Source: Lachnospiraceae bacterium (GTDB taxonomy: Bacteria > Bacillota > Clostridia > Lachnospirales > Lachnospiraceae). Taken from it: a stretch of 64,000 nt of DNA. Every line of letters begins with the position of its first letter. Position 1 is the first letter of the stretch. Below the pieces are notes generated by a model that saw only the letters and a program-made list of their open reading frames with translations, was not told where the DNA came from and searched no databases. Positions 44,021 to 52,615 of this stretch are shown here, one piece after another. The stretch spans positions 7,866 through 71,865 of the forward strand of contig JAJQBC010000005.1 in the NCBI GenBank assembly GCA_021203465.1. The letters are read 5' to 3'. The position numbers were made by a program, and so were the translations under genes.

Positions 44021-44550
44021 ACGGCCCGGTCCCCCGCATCCGGCACCCGCCGCCGCAACAGGCAATTTGCTTCGAGCGCGCAGGCAGCACGCCCTCCTGT
44101 GGGGAGAAGTAGTCGCCGCCTTCGGAATTTTCGTCATCTGCGGCTGCGAAACCCTGAACTGAGCCTCCGGGCCAAATGTCGCCCGGCAGGCTGTCGCCCG
44201 ATAAGTCCTTTTGATGGACATCGAGGGCGATTTGTTACAAGAACTGCATACGGCTGGAAGCGACCAAAGACGGGTTCAAAACACTACAGAATTGTTTTGA
44301 ACCCGTCATTCGTAAGGTCGCGAAGCCGTATGCATAGTTCTTGTTAAAATCGCCATCTGGGAATTAAAAGGACTTATCAGGTGGCAGACTGTGCCACGAC
44401 TTGTCCCGGAGGCTCATCTGTTTCTCGCTCGCAGATGATGAAAATTCATCGAAGCCGTCTCCCATACTTCTCCCCACAGGAGGGTGTGCCGCCTGCGCGC
44501 TCATTCCAAACGTTGCAGCGGCGGGTGTCGGATGCGGGGAAACGGGCTGT
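44021..44550 (+). repeat. long rod-like imperfect palindrome, copy B (about 265-nt arms)
   Basis: It has the same apex and inner arms as copy A. The outer arms have different sequence but are again self-complementary: CCTCCTGTGGGGAGAAGTA / TACTTCTCCCCACAGGAGG, GAGCGCGCAGGC / GCCTGCGCGCTC, CCCCGCATCCG / CGGATGCGGGG. Confidence 0.85.
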
Positions 44551-44563
44551 GAAATGCGGCGCA

Positions 44564-45571
44564 TTACAGCTTGTCGATCGGCGTATTCAGGATGCGCTCC
44601 GTCTCCTCGGCCTTTTCCTTCTCCCGGCGGCGCTTGCTGCGGATGTTCAGGAAGACGAGCACTGCGACGACGATGATCACGACAGCGGCCAGAATATAGG
44701 GCAGCCGGGACGCGAGCGTCGGCGTCGTGCTCATGATACGGTCTGCGGTCTTCGAGAACACTTGGGAGAAATACTCTTCATCGCTCAGATCGCTGTAATA
44801 ATAGGCGTCCACATAGTCGAGCAGGATCTCGCAGGCCTCCGAATCCATGACCGTCTGCGCGTTCGTTCCGACGATATAGTAAATGCTGTAATCGCTCGAA
44901 CTCCACTCGACAAAGACGAGCAGTACCCCAGCCTCGTTATCGCCTGCCAGTTCCGTATACTTATCGTCACAATAAGCTTCGATCTCGTCGTTCGTCGCGG
45001 AACGGCTACCGTTCACGTTGTCAGTGATCACGAGATAGGGCTGCACGCCGGTCTCCTTATAGAAGGTCTCCATACCGGAGAGCGTCGTGCTCTTATTGAG
45101 AATCCAGTCCAGCTCGTCGTCGATGCAGTCGCTGTCAAACGAAGCATAGGGTTGGATTGCCTCGCGCTCTACCGTACTCGTCGTAATATCCGAGGTCGAC
45201 GAGGAAGCGAAGCCTCTGGTCGCCGAACGCATCATGGAAAAAAGCACCATAACCACAAGGATACACACTATCAGCATGGAAGTACCGCAGCCGGCTCCGC
45301 GTCTTCCGTAGCCGCCATAGCCCCAGCCGCCGAACCAGGATCTCCGCGGTGGCCTCGGTGGGCGCGGACCGCCCGTACCTCCCATGCCCGGTCCAAAACC
45401 GCCGCCCGGCGCACCGTAACTGCCCCCGCCACGGTTCCGGCTGCCGGAACCCATCGAGCCGCCACGGCTCGAACCGCTCGAGCTCCTGCCGCCAAAGCTG
45501 CGGCCTCCTCCTGAACTGTGTCCTCCGCTGCTGCGGCCTCCGCCGCCGCCTCCTGCACCGCCTCTGCCCAT
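44564..45571 (-). CDS. membrane protein with a Gly/Arg-rich N-terminal tail and a TPM-like domain between two TM segments
   Basis: The first roughly 95 aa are almost only G/S/R/P. TM1 follows (MLIVCILVVMVLFSMM), then an approximately 190-aa domain resembling TPM (METFYKETGVQPYLVITDNV...AGVLLVFVEW...IYYIVG), then TM2 and a basic tail. Confidence 0.55.
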   Translation of the reverse strand: MGRGGAGGGGGGRSSGGHSSGGGRSFGGRSSSGSSRGGSMGSGSRNRGGGSYGAPGGGFGPGMGGTGGPRPPRPPRRSWFGGWGYGGYGRRGAGCGTSMLIVCILVVMVLFSMMRSATRGFASSSTSDITTSTVEREAIQPYASFDSDCIDDELDWILNKSTTLSGMETFYKETGVQPYLVITDNVNGSRSATNDEIEAYCDDKYTELAGDNEAGVLLVFVEWSSSDYSIYYIVGTNAQTVMDSEACEILLDYVDAYYYSDLSDEEYFSQVFSKTADRIMSTTPTLASRLPYILAAVVIIVVAVLVFLNIRSKRRREKEKAEETERILNTPIDKL

Positions 45572-45704
45572 ATTTTTCAGCCTCCTCTTTTTTCTTTAAC
45601 AGTTCCGAGCAGTAATGAAATAAAAAACAGACTGTGCAGGTTTACCTGCTAAAGGCTGTATTTTTATTTCGGGATGGGCGGAACGCCCATCAAGCCTCAG
45701 ACAT

Positions 45705-45765
45705 ATGACGCGCAAGCGGCATATAGCCTTCGAAGAAGGCGGTCTGTGGCCTGCTGCTCTAATAG
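45705..45765 (+). repeat. copy 3 of the R element
   Basis: ATGACGCGCAAGCGGCATATAGCCTTCGAAGAAGGCGGTCTGTGGCCTGCTGCTCTAATAG, between the pspA stop and the TPM-like gene. Confidence 0.8.
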
Positions 45766-45796
45766 TTGCTTTGCACCAATTCAGAACAAGTCTGAT

Positions 45797-46465
45797 TTAC
45801 TTTATTCCGAACTCTTTCTTAAGCGCCTCAAGTGCCTCGTCCGTCTCCTCTGACTGCGACTCATACTTCTCCCGCAGCTCATCCAGGCCGTCGCCCTGCC
45901 GCCGGTTCAGCTCGGCTTCCGCCTGCGCCTTGTCGAGCCGCCGGTTCGCCATGTCCTCGTACTGCTCGAAGGCCGCGGAAGCGCTGCGCTTCGGCGTCCC
46001 TGCACTGTTCAGACGCTCCGTGGCATCGGCCATGGACATCGTCGCGCGGATGCGGCTCTTCCTCGCCTCCATGTCCTGAATATCCGTAGCGAGCTTATTG
46101 TAGAGTTCGCGCATCTTCTCTGTATTCTGCTGCGCCATCGCAAGCGACTTTTCATCCGCCGCGAGCTGCTCCCGGATCTTCGCCTCGCTCGCAAGGAACT
46201 TTCGCGCATCCGCCTCATTGCCCGCCCGCAGCGCGGCTCCTGCCAGCCCATGTTCCCGCTCGGCGCGCTCCTTCGTATCGTCGCGGCGGCTCTTCGCGCT
46301 CCGCTCGGCGGCCATGACCTTTGCGGTCTCCAGCTTCACCTCAGCCAGATCCTCCCTGGCCTGCACAAGCGCCTCGTCGATCGTCCTTTCCGGGTCCGCA
46401 CGCTTATCCAGCCGGTCGTTCACATTCGCCCTCATAATGTCAGAAAAACGGTTTAAAATTCCCAT
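45797..46465 (-). CDS. pspA: PspA/IM30 family protein
   Basis: MGILNRFSDIMRANVNDRLDKRADPERTIDEALVQAREDLAEVK and a long coiled-coil. The ATG at 46465 follows GAGGAGG. Confidence 0.85.
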   Translation of the reverse strand: MGILNRFSDIMRANVNDRLDKRADPERTIDEALVQAREDLAEVKLETAKVMAAERSAKSRRDDTKERAEREHGLAGAALRAGNEADARKFLASEAKIREQLAADEKSLAMAQQNTEKMRELYNKLATDIQDMEARKSRIRATMSMADATERLNSAGTPKRSASAAFEQYEDMANRRLDKAQAEAELNRRQGDGLDELREKYESQSEETDEALEALKKEFGIK

Positions 46466-46482
46466 CTGTCCTACCTCCTCTA

Positions 46483-47190
46483 TCAGGCCTGTTTCTGCCT
46501 CCTGCGGTACTCCTGCTCCCATTGGAGCAGCTTTTTCTGCGCATTTCCATAGTCGACGCGCCTCTGCTCCTGCCCGCGCGGCGGTCCTGCGACCAGCGAC
46601 CTGGCGAGCTCCGCCTGACGCTCCGTGTCCTCATCCGGCGCATAATCATATGCCGTTTCAAAGCACTCAGCCGCCTGTTCAAAAAGGAACTGCTGCGCGT
46701 AGCATACGCCCAGATTGTGCCAGATGGCACTGTAAAATGCCATCCCGAGCCGATTGTTCTGATGCATCTTCAGGATATGGTGGTACTCGTCCATCGCCGC
46801 CCAGTCGCTGCCGCCGTCGAGCAGCTCATCCGCCCGCAGCTTCAACCGTTCCTGCTCCTGCATCGTCCCAAGCGAACGGATCTTCTCCTTCAGCTCCGTC
46901 ATCTCCTGACCCGTATACAGGTCGGAAGCGCCAACCACCTGAATCACCAGATTGCTGAGGTTCGCGTGAGCGTCGATACCGCTTTTAATCCTGTGAGCCA
47001 GCTCCTTCTCCTCGAGTTCATCGCCAATCCATTGGCAGAGCCGTTCATCGAAGAATCTTCGCTCGATCAAGCAGACATTGTGGTACAGATACCAGGCCAG
47101 CTCCTCGATACTATAAAGTCCAGGCCCCGTCTGCCCCACCGACAGCGGCGTCCTTGCCCGCCTGCCTCGGCAGATCATCACCAGTCCCAT
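46483..47190 (-). CDS. hypothetical helical (TPR-like?) protein
   Basis: 235-aa ORF. The credible sequence begins around LYSIEELAWYLYHNVCL. The start is uncertain because the first roughly 27 codons overlap the upstream gene. The C-terminal half resembles helical repeats (AFYSAIWHNLGVCYAQQFLFEQAAECFETAY). Confidence 0.4.
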   Translation of the reverse strand: MGLVMICRGRRARTPLSVGQTGPGLYSIEELAWYLYHNVCLIERRFFDERLCQWIGDELEEKELAHRIKSGIDAHANLSNLVIQVVGASDLYTGQEMTELKEKIRSLGTMQEQERLKLRADELLDGGSDWAAMDEYHHILKMHQNNRLGMAFYSAIWHNLGVCYAQQFLFEQAAECFETAYDYAPDEDTERQAELARSLVAGPPRGQEQRRVDYGNAQKKLLQWEQEYRRRQKQA

Positions 47191-48277
47191 CGTACTCCTC
47201 CTCTTCCTCCAGCGAAAATGACTCCATCCAGTACAGATCCGACGCCGGATACAACTCTCCGAAACCCAGATCTGACACCTTCACCTCACACTGCCTCGGG
47301 CCGGAAAAATGAACCTCAATCAGAAGCCGCGTCGTCCGCTCTGGCCTGACAGGCAGATCGGTCAGCTGCATCCCGAAGTGCAACTCCTTTCCTCCCATCA
47401 TCGGCTGAAACACGAATTCCAGCACCGGCTCATCCAGCAGGATCATCTCACGCCATTCCTGCACGTCGTACCAGTTCTCCCCGGCGCTCACAAGCATATG
47501 TACCTGCTCCTGCGACCCGCGTCTGCAGCGGATACCCATATTGTAAAATAAGGTCTGTTCATTCAAGAAAAGATAAGCCGGCTTTGCACCCTGCATCCCG
47601 GCCGCCATGCACGCGCCCCGCGCATAGACCTGCTCCGCGAGGAACACCCGCCTGTGCGCACAGATCACTTCCCTGCTCTTTTTGTACTCCCGCGCATCGA
47701 AATCGGTTCCTGTCAGAAACACTGCCGACACGGGCTTTCCCTTAAAACAGGTCTCCGCCATCTGGGCAAGGCGCTCATCCCGCCCCCCGTCCAGCATATT
47801 GCCGACATACCAGTATTCCGGCTCCGATGTCTGCACGAGCATCGGCGTCGTCCTGCGGCTCACCTCCAACATCTGCGCACGCACTTCATCGGCGCCAAAC
47901 TCCAGCAGACAGACCCGGTGCTGCCAGATATCATTACTCTGATGCATCACAAAGTGGACAAGGCTCTCTGCCTCCGAGATCACCTGAAGCTGCTCCTTCA
48001 CGAAGCCCGCCTCGCAGGCCTCCTGCTCGAACTGGCGGATACTCTCCTCCTCGAGATCCGGCAGGACAATCACGCCCCGGATGTCCTCTTTCTTTCCAAA
48101 GCGCTTCAACGCGGAGAGGATTTTTAAGAAACAGGCGCCCTTTCCCTGCTGCCCCTGAAAATCCAGCGGCAGCAATTCCGGTTCCTTCATACGGGCGCTC
48201 TGATAACAGACCTGCGGACATTCCTCCCGAAAATCAATCCCCGCGATCAGTAACTCCCGTCCGTTCGTCATCCTCAT
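47111..48277 (-). CDS. hypothetical protein with a possibly degenerate actin/Hsp70-fold N-terminus
   Basis: 388 aa. LLIAGIDFREECPQVCY loosely recalls the phosphate-1 motif of the ASKHA fold. There is no Walker motif and no TM segment. I cannot assign a family. Confidence 0.4.
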   Translation of the reverse strand: MRMTNGRELLIAGIDFREECPQVCYQSARMKEPELLPLDFQGQQGKGACFLKILSALKRFGKKEDIRGVIVLPDLEEESIRQFEQEACEAGFVKEQLQVISEAESLVHFVMHQSNDIWQHRVCLLEFGADEVRAQMLEVSRRTTPMLVQTSEPEYWYVGNMLDGGRDERLAQMAETCFKGKPVSAVFLTGTDFDAREYKKSREVICAHRRVFLAEQVYARGACMAAGMQGAKPAYLFLNEQTLFYNMGIRCRRGSQEQVHMLVSAGENWYDVQEWREMILLDEPVLEFVFQPMMGGKELHFGMQLTDLPVRPERTTRLLIEVHFSGPRQCEVKVSDLGFGELYPASDLYWMESFSLEEEEEYDGTGDDLPRQAGKDAAVGGADGAWTL

Positions 48278-48291
48278 CCAGTGTCACCCTC

Positions 48292-51200
48292 TTATCTTCT
48301 GCTAAACTGCTCCGCCACAAGATCGGACAGCTCCTCATAGTCACGCATCATCCTGCGAAGATTCCGCTCATGCCGATAATCATACTCTCTCTGCATACGG
48401 CAGAGTCTCTCATAACGGCTGAGGCCGTCCATATGCTCTTCCCGGTTCTCAATCGTTCTCGACATCGTTGAGTTCTCGGTGCCATCCGGCAGCTCCTCCG
48501 TGAAAAACCAGGTCAGCTGCTCTCCGTAGAACAGTGTGAAAGACTTCGTAAAAATGCCTTGATACACCGGGAAAATCTGCTCTGTTATATAGTCGAAGGT
48601 CTTCTTCCCGTGATATTCCAGTACATAGTGCAGTACAACCCGATGTTTCGGATCGCCCCGGTACTCCACAATCGTACGGTCGTCCGGGCGACCGCCCTCC
48701 TCCATATACGGCTCAAGCTTACTGAGAAAGGCGAAGGGCTTTCTGCCAAGTCCTTCCTCCGCCAGAAGCCGCCGCGCGAGGCGCTTCTGCGCTCCACTCA
48801 AAAGCAAAAGAACTGAAAGTTGCTTCAGATAAGAAAGACACGCAACCTCCGCCAGATGGTCATCCCAAATCAGATGATGCTCCAAGCTGTCAAACAAGCC
48901 CTCTGGCATGCCGCGCTCCTTCACAAAATCCAGCCAGCCCGTATAGTTCAGCCAGGCACTGATAAGGACCGGATCTCCGCCCCGTCCGTCCAGAGAGAGG
49001 AATACCGGGAACACCTCCTCAATGTACTGTTCCGTGAACAGCGCCTGCACAATGAGCTGTTCCTCCAACTGCGGGAAAATCAGTCCAAACTGTTCCCCTG
49101 CCCTCCAAACGGCCAGCAGCTCCTGCATGCTGCCGACATACTCCTCCGCGAGCAGCGCGACAATCTGCTCCGTGTAAACACCCTTCTCAAAAATCAGACG
49201 CGCCCAAGGCCGCAGCCTGCCATGCTGCATTTCACCCTCCGCGAGAAGACGCTGCAGCAATCGGAGCAACAGCTTCGGATCCACTTCCTGACAACCGGTT
49301 CGGTTCAGCGTCGTCCATGCCTCCCAGTCCCGTCCCAGCAAAATCAGAATCTCAATACAGGACGCCTGCCCCTTTCGGTTCAGCGCATCCACATTTTCCA
49401 TAGGAAGGTATTCCGCCAACTTCTCCGTACGGCCTGATTTCCGCTCGTATTCCAGAAGCTCCAGCTTTAACTGCTGCTCGTAAGACTCATCGAGCTTTCC
49501 GCTGCGCAGCAGTCTCTTCGCCGTCTCCACGTTTTCGGAATTCAGACGATGCTTTCCTCTGCCGTCAAGCAGATAGAGATTCAGCCCCGTGTGGTCTTCC
49601 AGACGTATCGTACACTCCTGCAGAAAGCGCGGCTCAATCAGCAGACGCTTCAGATCGTAGGATACCGTCTGCCGGTAGCGCCGTCCCTGCTCGTCGATCA
49701 AAATGATCTGCGCCGACGGCGTATAGATTGGCACGAAGGCGCAGCCGCCCGACAACGGCGTCACAAAGCGCTCCTTCAGCTGCTCATAGCGCACCTCCAC
49801 CTGACGGATACGCTTTTCCTGACAGCTCAGCTTTCGCATAAACAGCAAGTCAGCCAGCGCCTCGAGCATATCCTTCTCCAGCGTCTCAAGCAGCAGACAG
49901 TGCCCATATAACCAGGCCAGAGATTCATTCAGCCTGCGTCCTTTGAGCTGCTCCAGCAGAAACTCCTGTAGCCTACGGCGGTGTCCCTCCATCTCCGGCG
50001 AATCCAGATCGCCATACTTGGCCAAATTACAGTAAAAAGCCGCCTTCTGCCTGCCGGTCAGCGTATTATGATAGTCAAAATACAAGATTACCTGCCGCGG
50101 CAGCAGCTCCGGATAATTCTCAGGCAGGGAGTACATGAAATATTCATAAAGATTTGTAATCTTCGCGTCGAGCTCTACGCCCTTCTGATACCAGACAAAG
50201 GCCTCCGCATCTGTTCGGTGTCCGCGAATATGGATCGCGCAGACCGCGCCGACAGTCTCCCTGCAGGGGTTTGTCTGGTAGCAGCCCTTCAGAAGCCTGG
50301 CGGCCAGAGGAGACCATCGCTTCAGGCGGGACGCCTGCTTCGCGATGAGCAGCGCCGTCTCGGCGTTCAAAAGCCCGCGGGAACTTGCCCAGGCGCAGGT
50401 CTGCAGGGCAAAGGCATCGAGCCTCCCGAACAGCGCCATATCATTTTTCAGATAAGACCAGGCAGCCTGATAAATAAGACGGTTGTGTGTCCCCGCCCGG
50501 AACTGCCGCTCCAACAGTTTATAACAGGTCCGCGGATTCTCCTTCAGCTTCGGGTCAAGCTCCAGCAGGAAGAGCACAATCATCCACAGCTTCGGATTCT
50601 TCTGATACAGTCTCTGGAGCTGCGGAATCGCCGCGGCAGTCGTCTCCGCATTATCCCGGTAGAGACAGTTCACATAGAGAAACAAGGCCCGCGTCACCGC
50701 ATCGCGCTGCTGGAAGAGGCGCGTCCGCTCGTATTTTTTCAGAATCCAGCCTGCCTCTTCACCCCTGCTCTCCTTCAACAGCACCCAGGCGTCGAGCAGC
50801 GGGGCAATCGGGGAATTCGGCGTCTCCTTTCGCAAAAGCTCCACCTGCCCGCGCAGCTGCGAGGCCGCGTCCACAGTCGCGAGCACGCCCCGCCGCTCTT
50901 TTTCCGCCAGACGCAGGATCTGTGCCAGAACTGACTCGCAAACGCGCCGACTGCGCCACTCCTCGCTGCGACCCGGCCCCTTCCGAATCTCCCCGGGAGG
51001 CACCTCCTCCTGTTCCGGCTCCGGCAGCGGAATCTCCTCCGCCTCTTGTCCCCGGGCAGAAAGCTCGACCTCTATCCGTACCGGCAAACGATACTCTCCG
51101 GCATCCGATTCGATATAAACGCTGCCCTCCAGGCTCTCGCCCTCCTTGAGCCCCTTTGCGTCGTACTCGTATTCAATCCTCGCAGCGCGCCCAAAAAAGG

Positions 51201-51402
51201 AGTCCTGCTTCAACTTAAGACCCGGAACTCTGGTACAAAGTACACCCCGAACCCTGCGATCATCACAGGAACTCACGACAAAACTGCCCGACAGAAAGCC
51301 TCTGGCCTTCGTCCGCAGCAGCAGCTCCTCCGGCTCCATATGCAGCTCCGGCTGTGAGTAGCTAAATATTCCGTTGGAAAAATCGATGATCTTACCTTTC
51401 AT
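48292..51402 (-). CDS. large (1036 aa) hypothetical protein: N-terminal beta-rich module plus a long alpha-helical repeat body
   Basis: It is a long uninterrupted ORF with normal codon texture. The N-terminal 120 aa look beta-sandwich-like (GSFVVSSCDDRRVRGVLC...GSVYIESDAGEYRLPVRIEV). The rest is Leu/Arg/Glu-rich and helical. No catalytic motif was recognised. Confidence 0.5.
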   Translation of the reverse strand: MKGKIIDFSNGIFSYSQPELHMEPEELLLRTKARGFLSGSFVVSSCDDRRVRGVLCTRVPGLKLKQDSFFGRAARIEYEYDAKGLKEGESLEGSVYIESDAGEYRLPVRIEVELSARGQEAEEIPLPEPEQEEVPPGEIRKGPGRSEEWRSRRVCESVLAQILRLAEKERRGVLATVDAASQLRGQVELLRKETPNSPIAPLLDAWVLLKESRGEEAGWILKKYERTRLFQQRDAVTRALFLYVNCLYRDNAETTAAAIPQLQRLYQKNPKLWMIVLFLLELDPKLKENPRTCYKLLERQFRAGTHNRLIYQAAWSYLKNDMALFGRLDAFALQTCAWASSRGLLNAETALLIAKQASRLKRWSPLAARLLKGCYQTNPCRETVGAVCAIHIRGHRTDAEAFVWYQKGVELDAKITNLYEYFMYSLPENYPELLPRQVILYFDYHNTLTGRQKAAFYCNLAKYGDLDSPEMEGHRRRLQEFLLEQLKGRRLNESLAWLYGHCLLLETLEKDMLEALADLLFMRKLSCQEKRIRQVEVRYEQLKERFVTPLSGGCAFVPIYTPSAQIILIDEQGRRYRQTVSYDLKRLLIEPRFLQECTIRLEDHTGLNLYLLDGRGKHRLNSENVETAKRLLRSGKLDESYEQQLKLELLEYERKSGRTEKLAEYLPMENVDALNRKGQASCIEILILLGRDWEAWTTLNRTGCQEVDPKLLLRLLQRLLAEGEMQHGRLRPWARLIFEKGVYTEQIVALLAEEYVGSMQELLAVWRAGEQFGLIFPQLEEQLIVQALFTEQYIEEVFPVFLSLDGRGGDPVLISAWLNYTGWLDFVKERGMPEGLFDSLEHHLIWDDHLAEVACLSYLKQLSVLLLLSGAQKRLARRLLAEEGLGRKPFAFLSKLEPYMEEGGRPDDRTIVEYRGDPKHRVVLHYVLEYHGKKTFDYITEQIFPVYQGIFTKSFTLFYGEQLTWFFTEELPDGTENSTMSRTIENREEHMDGLSRYERLCRMQREYDYRHERNLRRMMRDYEELSDLVAEQFSRR

Positions 51403-51412
51403 GGATACCCCG

Positions 51413-51441
51413 TTGCATTTTTTTCACGTTTACACTATTAT
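51413..51441 (+). promoter_or_regulatory. candidate promoter of the aminotransferase gene
   Basis: TTGCAT, a 17-nt spacer, then TATTAT, about 50 nt upstream of the ATG at 51492. Confidence 0.4.
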
Positions 51442-51443
51442 TT

Positions 51444-51473
51444 ATTATATCACCATCCAATAGCGTCACGCAA
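51444..51473 (-). promoter_or_regulatory. candidate promoter of the PspA-associated cluster
   Basis: Minus strand reads TTGCGT, an 18-nt spacer, then TGATATAAT (extended -10). Confidence 0.4.
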
Positions 51474-51491
51474 CTGACAGGAGAAGAAAAA

Positions 51492-52604
51492 ATGACAGAA
51501 CAGATCGATGCGAGAGAACACTTCCACGGAAGTGACCTTGAAAAAATAGAAAAGTGTTTTGGAATCCCGAAGGAGAAAATCACGGGATTCGGCGCAAATG
51601 TAAACCCGCTCGGACTCTCCCCGCTGATGCGGGAGGGACTGCTGCAACACATCGACGCGGTGACGAGCTACCCCGATCCGGCGTACACGCAGCTGCGCGG
51701 ACATATTGCGGCCTACACGGGCTGCCGCGCGGAGCAGATTCTCGTCGGGAACGGCTGCACCGAGCTGATCTCCCTCTTCGTCCAGATCCGGCAGCCGAAA
51801 AAGGCGCTGATCGTCTCCCCGACCTACTCGGAATATGAACGCGAGATCCGCCTGCACGGCGGTGAGGTCGTCTACTACGCGCTGCGGGAGGCGGACGACT
51901 TCCAGCTGAATGTGGATGATTTTACACGGACACTTTCAGGAGGCTACGACCTGTGCGTCATCTGCAACCCGAACAACCCGACCTCCACGGCCACTGAGCC
52001 GGAGGACATGCGCCGTATTCTCTCCAGCTGCTCTGAGCTCGGCATCTTTGTCATGATCGACGAGACCTATGCGGAATTCGCACCTGAGGAAGGCGGCGTG
52101 AGCTGCGTCGGCCTGCTGGATGAATTCCATAACTTCGCGATCCTGCGCGGCGTCTCAAAATTCTTCGCTGCTCCGGGTCTGCGCCTCGGCTACTCCATGA
52201 CCGGCGATCTCGCGCTTCTGAAAAAAATCCAGGAGGATAAAAACCCCTGGACTTTGAACAGCCTGGCCGAGGTGGCCGGCTCCTATATGTTCCGCGATAC
52301 CGCTTATATTGAGCAAACACGGAATCTCATCTCCTCCGAACGGGAGCGCATTTACCGCGAACTGCTCGGCTGGAAGCACGTGAAGGTCTACCGCCCGCAC
52401 GCGAATTTCATCCTCGTGCGCATCCTGCGGGAGGGCGTCACTTCCTACGATGTCTTTCTCCACGCGATCCGGCGCGGGCTCATGCTCCGCGACTGCTCCA
52501 GCTTCCCCGGCCTCGAGGACGGCAGCTTCTTCCGTTTCTGCTTCATGATGCCGGAGAAAAATACGGAGCTGCTCGCCTGCCTGCATGAGATTCTGGAAGA
52601 CTGA
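51492..52604 (+). CDS. PLP-dependent class I/II aminotransferase-fold enzyme, CobD (threonine-phosphate decarboxylase)/HisC-like
   Basis: HFHGSDL...GFGANVNPLG at the N-terminus (CobD-like), NPNNPT, and RGVSKFFAAPGLRLGY (PLP lysine). Confidence 0.8.
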   Translation: MTEQIDAREHFHGSDLEKIEKCFGIPKEKITGFGANVNPLGLSPLMREGLLQHIDAVTSYPDPAYTQLRGHIAAYTGCRAEQILVGNGCTELISLFVQIRQPKKALIVSPTYSEYEREIRLHGGEVVYYALREADDFQLNVDDFTRTLSGGYDLCVICNPNNPTSTATEPEDMRRILSSCSELGIFVMIDETYAEFAPEEGGVSCVGLLDEFHNFAILRGVSKFFAAPGLRLGYSMTGDLALLKKIQEDKNPWTLNSLAEVAGSYMFRDTAYIEQTRNLISSERERIYRELLGWKHVKVYRPHANFILVRILREGVTSYDVFLHAIRRGLMLRDCSSFPGLEDGSFFRFCFMMPEKNTELLACLHEILED

Positions 52605-52615
52605 CAAGAAGTTCC

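Noticed and set aside
43907-44221. The N-terminal extension of the substrate-binding protein ORF (ORF-track start 44221), and similar upstream extensions of purA (13783), glnS (25508), folA (21746), mscL (23132), srtB (31482), the minor pilin (62454) and the adhesin (41196)
   Set aside because: In each case an internal ATG is preceded by a good RBS and begins the recognisable protein, signal peptide or lipobox. The extensions run through promoters or repeat elements.
47111-47190. The 80-nt overlap between the 388-aa and 235-aa ORFs, considered as a programmed frameshift or a gene fusion broken by an indel
   Set aside because: Both overlapping tails have out-of-frame-like composition, and an internal GTG near 47136 could serve as the real start of the downstream gene. 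There is no slippery heptamer that I can see. This is left as start-site uncertainty.
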